From: Octopus vulgaris
Taxonomy: Eukaryota
Assembly: GCA_951406725.2 (NCBI GenBank)
Contig: OX597823.1
Location: 48,794,001 to 48,858,000, forward strand
Direction: 5' to 3'
DNA: 64,000 nt
The notes under the pieces are model-generated. The model did not search any database and was not told the DNA's origin. It worked only from the letters and a program-made list of their open reading frames with translations. Position numbers and translations under genes: made by a program. Shown here one piece after another: positions 55,407 to 64,000 of the stretch; within the stretch, counting starts at the first letter, position 1, and the number at the start of each line of letters is the position of its first letter.

Positions 55407-55680
55407 GATGCTCTTCAACAGAAAGGAACACAAGGAAATAAACAGAGAATAAAAAGAACTTGTGGAAGTTCAAAGTGTAGGAGGTTAAAGCAGGATAAAA
55501 CTGGTGCGAACATGTGAGTATACAATATATTGTTGAAATTTACAGAAAAATAAAAGACAAAGGCAGGTGTATTAGTTTGATGCTCAAGAAAGTGAGAAAG
55601 TCTTTTGCATTTTGAGCCTATGCTCTTCAACAAAAAGGAACACAAGAAAATAAACATAAACAAAGAGAGAATGTGTGTAT
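55407..55680 (-). mobile_element. Partial tandem PLE-end fragments with a degenerate hammerhead-like motif
   Basis: gctcttcaaca(g/a)aaaggaacacaag at ~55410 and ~55622. Homologous to 2660-2835. Confidence 0.55.
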
Positions 55681-56389
55681 ATATATGTGTGTGTGTGTCC
55701 AACCTATACCAGTATGGAAAGCAGACATTAAACAACGATGATGATGATGATATATATGTATATATATACACATACATACATATGTGTATGTATCATCATC
55801 ATCATCATTAGCATTGTTTAACGTCTGTTTTCCATACTGGCATAGGTTGGATGGTTTGACTGAGGACTGGCAAGCCAGGAAGCTGCTCCAGGCTCCCATA
55901 TGATCTGGCAAGGTTTCTACAGCTGGATGCCCTTCCTAACACCAACCACCCTGAGAGTGTAGTGGGTGCTTTTAATGTGCCACCAGCACATATGTATGTA
56001 TATATATCATGGCACTCTGTCAGTTACAATGATGAGGGTTCCAGTTGATCCAATCAATGGAACAGCCTGCTCGTGAAATTAACATGCAAGTGGCTGAGCA
56101 CACCACATATATGTGTACCCTTAACATAGTCCTCAGAGAGATTCAGTATGACACAGAGTGTGACAAGGCTGGCCCTTTGAAATACAGGTACAATAGAAAC
56201 AGGAAGAAAGAGTGAGAGAAAGTTGTGGTGAAAGAGTACAGCAGGGTTCGCCACCACCTCCTGCCGGAGCCTCATGGAGCTTTAGGTGTTTTCACTCAAT
56301 AAACACTCATGACACCCAGTCTGAAAATCGAAACCGTGATCCTACAACCACAAGTCTGTTGCCCTAACCACTGGGCCTTTGCACCTCCA

Positions 56390-56425
<36 letters not shown>

Positions 56426-56639
56426 TCATCATCATCAGTTAACATCTCTTTCCCATGTTGGCATGGGTTGAACATTGTCTGCTCTAATTGTCTGCTTTGG
56501 CATGGTTTCTAACAGTTGGTTTCTCTTCCTAACACTGACCATTTTAAAGAGCATACTGGGTGCTTTTTTATATGGCACCCTCACCAGTGCTTTTTACATG
56601 ACACCAGCATCATGAAACCCTACCAAAAGCAAGTACATA

Positions 56640-56692
<53 letters not shown>

Positions 56693-56816
56693 TAGAGCAG
56701 TACATAACTGCTTATAATATAGAACACATCAGAATGCTATTGATGGTTTTACTTTAACCACTGCATTTCGCAACACTGATGACTCAACAAACATGGTGGC
56801 TGGAAGTACCATCATG

Positions 56817-56851
<35 letters not shown>

Positions 56852-56900
56852 AATATTTCGCTTAGGCATAGTGAGTCTAATAACTTAGTGTAGAACTCAG

Positions 56901-56944
<44 letters not shown>

Positions 56945-58329
56945 GAGAGAGAGAAAGAGAGAAAGAATTTGTATGTGTGGTTATATAAATACATTATCCT
57001 CACTCCAATTTTATTTTTTTCTTTCCTTTTCCCTTTTTCACCTCGGAAACTGTTTGAAGTGGAAAATGGAAAATTTATGGTTGTCGTATTACCTGAACTA
57101 ATGCCCAGAATGTACTAATCAGATAAGATTTTAAATATGTATTTTAACACTATTTAAACATACTGTTTTTGCAGGTACATAAAGCAAATGTGAAATTAAA
57201 TATAAAAGTGAAAAACCATTTCCCAGTTAGCACATCATTCTGCTAAAAAAAAAAATTTAATGTAAAACACATATTTACCATAAAGTCCTAATTTGTTCAT
57301 AAAGTAAAAAGAAATCATCAACATTGTTATCATCATCCTTTAATATCTGTTTTCCATGCTGGCATGGGTTGGATGGTTTGACCAAACCTGGTAAGCTGGA
57401 GAGCTGCACTAGGTTCTAGACTGATTTGGCTTTGTTTTGATAGCTGGATGCCCTTCCTAATGCCAACCACTTTATGGTGTGTGCTGGGTGTTTTTAATAT
57501 GACACCAGCACAAGCACTTCTTTATGGTATCAGCATAAGTGCTTTTTACATGATACCAGAACAGGATTCCTGCAGGCCAATGCTTTTCATCAGGGAGAGC
57601 AGCCTTATCATTTCTTACCATGGAGAATGGGTCTTGAGTACAGCAAGGTGCCATATATTTCAGTCCTTTGTCATCTCTGATTAATTCAGTCTCCTGAGGT
57701 CATCCTTTAATACTTTGCCCTGGGTCTCCCTCTTCCAAATATAACAAAATAAAATTATATATAAGACATTGTCTCCAGACTCTTCCTTTGTGTGACACAA
57801 TGCTGTTAAGATGAAACTTGCAAAGTTTTGTCCTTATTTTTTTCAATATTTTTCTTTGACAAGAAACCAAATGGCAAATGAAGAGAGGGGGAAGAGAAAT
57901 ATTTTTAAAATACATGTTTTCCTTTTGTTGTATCAGTGACATCTTTATTGTTTTTTTCCTTACTTGTTTCTAAGTTACTGGACTGGGAGCATGAAGGGGC
58001 ATCACCTTGAAGGGCTTTAGTTGAATGAACTGACTCTGGTAAACAGTTTTTTAAAGTCTGATCATTATTCTGTCTCTAATGCTAAATTGATAAATCACAG
58101 TGACATAATCAAACCAACACAAGTTGTCAAAAGGCAGTGGAAGACAAACACAAAGACAAACCCGCAGATACATATACATGCACACATACACATTATACAC
58201 ATATATATATATATATATATATATTTAAAAAAGGAGATGTCGAACACGAGTGGTGATATATAAAAAAGGAAATGAAGAAAATGCTGACAAATAATTGAAG
58301 TAATTTAAGTAATTTAATTAGGTGAAAGT

Positions 58330-58376
58330 TCTTTTTACCGGTTGCGCATTTGTTATGCTTATCAAAATATAAAAGA
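58330..58376 (-). ncRNA. Non-canonical hammerhead-like motif (left arm)
   Basis: TTGATAA-gcat aacaa atgc-GCAA-ccgg-TA-aaaaga. Confidence 0.6.
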
Positions 58377-59087
58377 GAGATTAGAGTCTGTCTCTTATAT
58401 GTGAAAAAAAGAGGCTCCAGAGTTGTTTGGGATTTGCTTGGTTTCGCGCCTAAAATTTTGATTGGTCATTATGAAGGGGTCACGTGAATGTTTGAATGGA
58501 AGTTGGTGTTGGGGTAAGAAAAAAGGCTCCAGAGAAGTTAAAATTTGGCTAGTGTCCCGCCTAAAATTTCTTATTGGCCATAATAAAGAGGTCACGTGAA
58601 TGTTTAGAATTTTCGAAAATAGTGTTGTTGAAAATTCTTATTGTTCAGGCTGGTCAGTAGACGTCATGTGGATATTTTAAATAGCTTTTTTAGCGCGTAG
58701 TTAGGGAGTGTATTTTCCGCTTGACTGGATAAGTAAGTTCGTTTAGAACAGGGAGAGCTGTATGTATGTATGTGTGTGCGCGCGCGCGCGCGCGTGTGTT
58801 TATATGTATGTTGGGGCGCGCGCGCGTGTATATATGTGTGTGTGTGTGGGTAAAATTTTCAATATTTATAGTTCTGCTGGCCTTGTGCCTGTATCGGGAA
58901 GCAACGTATTTGTGTGAAGTCAATATTTACAGCCATTTCCAAAAAATAGTGTTGGATGTTTTGCACCCGTATTCAATTATGTGTATGTGTGGAACCATAT
59001 ATTTGTGTGTGTCATGGTGTTAATATCTGGGTAAAGGTGTGTGTAGGGTGTGTGTGCAGGTGTAAGTGTGTTTGTTGTGGGTTCGTG

Positions 59088-60372
59088 TTAGGGGCATGTG
59101 TTTAGAAGTGGTCTGTATTTATTAATAAGGTTGGATTCCATGGTTATTCGCTGGGTATGAGTGGCATTGTCTTTAAATTTGTAGAGGGGAAAGATTCTAA
59201 AATTGGGATGGAGTTGTGCGGCACAGGTATCAATATGTGCACTAAATGCTATTTTTCTATATTCCTGTATTTTTATTTGGGATCTGTGGACAGTCATGCG
59301 TTGGCGGAGGCTATTTTTTGTTTGGCCTATGTAGTGTTCATTACAGCCCGAGCAAGTTAAGACATATACTAGGTTTTCTGATGCGCATGTGAAGTTGTGT
59401 TTTACTGTGAAACGTTGTCCTTGTTTAAAAAGGAATTCCGGACCTTCTATTAGGTTGATGCATATACCACAGTTGGGTCTATTGCATTTGTTTACTGTGG
59501 GTTTAGTTGTTGTGGTTGGCAGTACTTTGGCATTTGTTAAGATGGTTTTCAATGATTTGGGTTGCCTTTTGCTCTTTATGATTTCGTGTGTTAGGAGGAT
59601 TTGGTTCATTCTATGGTCCTTTTGTAATACAGGAATGTTCTGGAGGATGGTGTCAAAAGCTTCATTGTTGAGGGGGTTGTGTGTAGAGATGTATGGTAGA
59701 GTATGGGGTTTCGATGTAACAGGTTTAGGGCGTCTAAGTTCCTGCGTGCTGAGTTTTAGGGCGCGTTGGATCCCATTGTCAATTAGTGACGTGGGGTAAT
59801 CCCTGCTTGTTAATGTGCCCTTGAGTTCTTGTAGACGTAAGAGACGGGTGTTTTTATTGGAGACTATAGTGCAAATTCTCTTGGCTAAGTTGTAGGGAAT
59901 GTTAATTTTAACGTGTCTAGGGTGGCATGAATTGAAAGGGAGGTATTGCTTGGAGTCTGTGGTCTTGTAGTATATGTCTGTTTCTATTTTTTTGTTGTGA
60001 ATTTTAATGAGGATGTCGAGGAAGGGAATTTGTTGAGGGCTGTATTCCATTGTGAAAATAATGTTTGTGTTGAGCCCATTTATAAGAGTGTGAAATTCGT
60101 TAAGCTTCTCGACGGTTTCGGGCCAAAGGATGAAGCAGTCATCAAGATATCTCTTCCAGTTCTTCTCGATGTGTGTGTGGAGAGAGGTGCCAAATTGGTT
60201 AAGAACGTTATTATAGAGGGTGATTTCCAGGTATCCCATGACTAAGTTGGCGTAAGTGGGAGCTGTTTTCGTTCCCATTGCCGTCCCTGATTTCTGTCTG
60301 TAGAATTTGTTGTTGAAGGTGAAGAAATTATTCTCTAAGATGAATTTGAGTCCTTCTAAAATAAATTCCTTT
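59088..60372 (-). CDS. PLE polyprotein, 5'-truncated: RT core C-half + thumb + Cys linker + GIY-YIG endonuclease
   Basis: YRQKSGTAMGTKTAPTYANLVMG, WKRYLDDCF, IPFLDI, YLPFNSCHP, KCNRPNCGIC, LVYVLTCSGCNEHYIGQT, RMTVH, ESNLINKYRPLLN. The frame is uninterrupted. The ORF-track N-terminus (60373-60434) is junction-derived. Confidence 0.93.
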
Positions 60373-60853
60373 AAGGCAACCCAAATCATTGAAAACCATC
60401 CTAACAAATGCCAAAGTACTGCCAACCACAACAACTAAACCCACAGTAAACAAATGCAATAGACCCAACTGTGGTATATGCATCAACCTAATAGAAGGTC
60501 CGGAATTCCTTTTTAAACAAGGACAACGTTTCACAGTAAAACACAACTTCACATGCGCATCAGAAAACCTAGTATATGTCTTAACTTGCTCGGGCTGTAA
60601 TGAACACTACATAGGCCAAACAAAAAATAGCCTCCGCCAACGCATGACTGTCCACAGATCCCAAATAAAAATACAGGAATATAGAAAAATAGCATTTAGT
60701 GCACATATTGATACCTGTGCCGCACAACTCCATCCCAATTTTAGAATCTTTCCCCTCTACAAATTTAAAGACAATGCCACTCATACCCAGCGAATAACCA
60801 TGGAATCCAACCTTATTAATAAATACAGACCACTTCTAAACACATGCCCCTAA
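60373..60853 (+). CDS. Duplicated GIY-YIG endonuclease domain in the inverted arm (no native start)
   Basis: Identical translation to the C-terminus of the minus-strand ORF. Confidence 0.8.
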
Positions 60854-61269
60854 CACGAACCCACAACAAACACACTTACACCTGCACACACCCTACACAC
60901 ACCTTTACCCAGATATTAACACCATGACACACACAAATATATGGTTCCACACATACACATAATTGAATACGGGTGCAAAACATCCAACACTATTTTTTGG
61001 AAATGGCTGTAAATATTGACTTCACACAAATACGTTGCTTCCCGATACAGGCACAAGGCCAGCAGAACTATAAATATTGAAAATTTTACCCACACACACA
61101 CACATATATACACGCGCGCGCGCCCCAACATACATATAAACACACGCGCGCGCGCGCGCGCGCACACACATACATACATACAGCTCTCCCTGTTCTAAAC
61201 GAACTTACTTATCCAGTCAAGCGGAAAATACACTCCCTAACTACGCGCTAAAAAGCTATTTAAAATATC

Positions 61270-61550
61270 CACATGACGTCTACTGACCAGCCTGAACAAT
61301 AAGAATTTTCAACAACACTATTTTCGAAAATTCTAAACATTCACGTGACCTCTTTATTATGGCCAATAAGAAATTTTAGGCGGGACACTAGCCAAATTTT
61401 AACTTCTCTGGAGCCTTTTTTCTTACCCCAACACCAACTTCCATTCAAACATTCACGTGACCCCTTCATAATGACCAATCAAAATTTTAGGCGCGAAACC
61501 AAGCAAATCCCAAACAACTCTGGAGCCTCTTTTTTTCACATATAAGAGAC
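61270..61550 (+). promoter_or_regulatory. Putative pLTR promoter (mirrored at ~58390-58670 on the minus strand)
   Basis: CRE-like tgacgtc. Two modules 112 bp apart, each with tcacgtgac, ccaat and ttttaggcg(g/c)ga. A TATA-like catataag lies ~30 nt upstream of the hammerhead-like motif. Confidence 0.55.
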
Positions 61551-61563
61551 AGACTCTAATCTC

Positions 61564-61610
61564 TCTTTTATATTTTGATAAGCATAACAAATGCGCAACC
61601 GGTAAAAAGA
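61564..61610 (+). ncRNA. Non-canonical hammerhead-like motif (right arm)
   Basis: TTGATAA (61575-81), stem II gcat/atgc, GCAA (61595-98), palindromic accggt, TA. Confidence 0.6.
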
Positions 61611-61670
61611 ACTTTCACCTAATTAAATTACTTAAATTACTTCAATTATTTGTCAGCATTTTCTTCATTT

Positions 61671-61720
<50 letters not shown>

Positions 61721-61986
61721 TTTTCTTTTATTCTTTTATTTGCTTCAGTCACTTGCTGGAGGGTTTTTAGTTGAACAAATAAACCCCAGGACTTTTCTTT
61801 TTAAATCCTAGCACTTACTTTATCAGTCTCTTTTGCTAAACCACTAAGTTATGAAGACATAAATACACCAACACCTGTTGTCAAGTGATGATGGTGGGGT
61901 GACAAATACAGACACATAAACACACACACACAGATACACACACACGCACGTGCACAAACACACACATGTATATGTATATTTGTATA

Positions 61987-62105
61987 TCTCTTATTATAAA
62001 AGGCAGATTTTATCTGCCTCCCTTTGTCACTTATAGAAATCTACAATATAGGATTTCTTCAATTACAATTTACTTAGCATTTTTAAGAGTAGAATGCATC
62101 GGGTT
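61987..62105 (+). mobile_element. Truncated 5' end of a second Helitron-like family
   Basis: Starts a^TCtcttattataaaaggcag. Near-identical to 62565-62683. Confidence 0.65.
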
Positions 62106-62167
62106 AATAACATTTTTTTAAGAATGTGTATATAACAAAGTATGTGTATATAACTACGTGGCTTATA

Positions 62168-62564
62168 TCTTTATATATAAGAGTGAAGTTGTGTGTCTGT
62201 CTCCTACGATTTAGATTCGTAACTACTCCCACATTTTGCGGTACAGTTTAACCAAAAGCGGGTATCTTATAGTCGTGATTCATATCGAGCCCTTCTGGGT
62301 ATTAGCGCGCGTCTACGATGAGTCTACGATTTAAAAAAATTTACCATCATATTTTTCCATTTTAATGCATATTTTTCGTTATTATATAAGGGAAGTAACT
62401 CTCTAAAAATATCTACGATGTGTCAACGATTTAAAAAAAAAATTACCTTAATTTTTTTTCAATTTTTAATGCATTTTTTTGCTATTTTTTGGCTATAACT
62501 CTCTAAAAATGCTTATATAGTTATTTCCCTTACAAACCCGAGCAACGCCGGGCGATACTGCTAG
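62168..62564 (+). mobile_element. Non-autonomous Helitron, complete
   Basis: a^TC 5' end, cccgagcaacgccggg hairpin, CTAG^t 3' end. Internal ~100-bp duplication. Confidence 0.9.
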
Positions 62565-64000
62565 TCTCTTATTATAAAAGGCAGATTTTATCTGCCTCCC
62601 TTTGTCAGTTATAGAAATCTACAATATAGGATTTCTTCAATTACAATTTACTTAGCATTTTTAAGAGTAGAATGCATCGGGTTTTGCCAGGTCCACTTTT
62701 TAAAATTTAAACTCCAATTAAGCAAAATTTACAGAAAACTCACATTCTGGTGTGTATGTCAAATGTTTTTCTTAATGTGGTTTACACCACACGCACACGC
62801 ACACACACAGTGTGCAACGAATAAAATGAAAGTAATTCACATTTTGTAGTGAGTGACTCTTTCAGTCTGCCACTTCCTCTTTACACACATAGATACGCAA
62901 ATATATAAATAAAATTGTAAGCTAACGTGCGTGTGTGTGAGTGTGTGTGTGCGTGTGTGTGTGTGTGAGGGTGCGTGTGTGTGTGTGTGTGTGTGCGTGA
63001 GTGTGTGACAGGAAAGTTTTTTAGGACGAATATAAGACCTATATCGGCGATGTTTCGCTTGTCGTAGCACAGGTTTCCGTCGATTTCCGTAAAAAACTTT
63101 TATTTTTTTACATAAGTAATGAGAGCGAAAGAGACTAAGAGAAAGCGATTGTATGACGAGGGAAGTTCTTTTGAAGTTACCGTGCATGGGACGCATTGAT
63201 GTACATGTGTGTGTGTGTGTGTGTGTGTTTGATGGAGTGTGGGAGACAGACAGTATGTTGTGTAAGTGAAGTGCTTCTGTTAGTGTGTGTGAAGAGACAG
63301 AGAGAGTAATGTATGAAAGAGAGAGATAACTGAATTTTTTTACTCGGTGTATGTGTATATGTATGTATGCATGTATGTGTGTGTGTGTGTATGTATGTGT
63401 GTGTGTATGTATGTATGTATGGCCGATTCAGTGTTTACATTTTTTACGGAAATCGACGGAAACGTGTGCTACGACAAGCGAAACATCGCCCCTATATCCA
63501 AGTAGCAGAAAGATCGCCCAAAAGTGTATATAGATATTTAAATGTATTTATATATTCATCTATACACAGATGTATGTATAATGTGTGTGTATATATTTCC
63601 ATACACGTAACCATTCACTCCACACAAAGTTTTTTAGGACGAAAATAAGATCTAAAGTTATCTCTAAGTAGCACAGAGATCGCTCAAAAGTGTATATAGA
63701 TATATAAATGTATTTATATATTCATCTATGCACACATGTATGTATAACGTGTGTGTATATATTTCCATAGAGGTAACCATTCACTCCATACAAAGTTTTT
63801 TAGCACGAAAATAAGATCTAAAGTTATCTCTAAGAAACAGAAAGATCGCCCAAAAGTGTATATAGATATTTAAATGTATTTATATATTCATCTATACACA
63901 CATGTATGTATAATGTGCGTGTATATATTTCCATAGAGGTAACCATTCAATCCATACAAAGTTTTTTAGGATGAAAATATTTATATATAAAAGAAAGGTT
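62565..64000 (+). mobile_element. Second Helitron-like element with internal inverted repeat and 166-bp tandem repeats (probably continues past the window end)
   Basis: TC start abuts the preceding CTAG. IR at 63046-63096 / 63440-63490. aaagtgtatatagatat at 63521, 63687 and 63853. Confidence 0.65.

Larger units (their letters stand above)
58225..61684 (-). mobile_element. Young 5'-truncated Penelope-like retroelement (Neptune-like) with 1.3-kb inverted pseudo-LTRs
   Basis: Arms 58256-59568 and 60373-61684 are reverse complements. I saw one substitution and three slippage indels. The 804-bp spacer is RT coding sequence, and a ~31-nt tail is present only on the left. Inserted in (TA)n. Confidence 0.95.

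Noticed and set aside
56690-56820. CTGATGA at ~56776
   Set aside because: No downstream stem II, GAAA and stem III arrangement.
60373-60434. Hydrophobic signal-like N-terminus MLWLAVLWHLLGWFSMIWVAL of the 448-aa ORF
   Set aside because: It is the antisense reading of the inverted arm across the junction, not a native start.

Overview
AT-rich, microsatellite-dense eukaryotic DNA. The SINE, RTE and Penelope repertoire resembles an octopus (coleoid cephalopod) genome, which is an inference. I find no convincing host coding exon, and almost all ORF-track entries are microsatellite or SINE artefacts. The window is a transposon mosaic: two tRNA-derived SINE families, RTE LINE fragments (one 3' UTR amplified into a 2.8-kb higher-order array), R4/Dong, Gypsy, hAT and Helitron relics, and piggyBac- and hAT-type MITEs. 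The main theme is Penelope-like elements (PLEs) and hammerhead ribozymes (HHRs). A very young PLE (58.2-61.7 kb, RT + GIY-YIG) has 1.3-kb near-perfect inverted arms, each carrying a non-canonical hammerhead and E-box/CCAAT/E2F motifs. At least four small non-coding fold-back palindromes (8.8, 27.2, 32.1, 33.6 kb) share its tail + inverted-arm layout and turn around at or near a hammerhead. About ten HHR or HHR-like motifs from several families were read by eye, mostly on the minus strand. Boundaries of old repeats are approximate.
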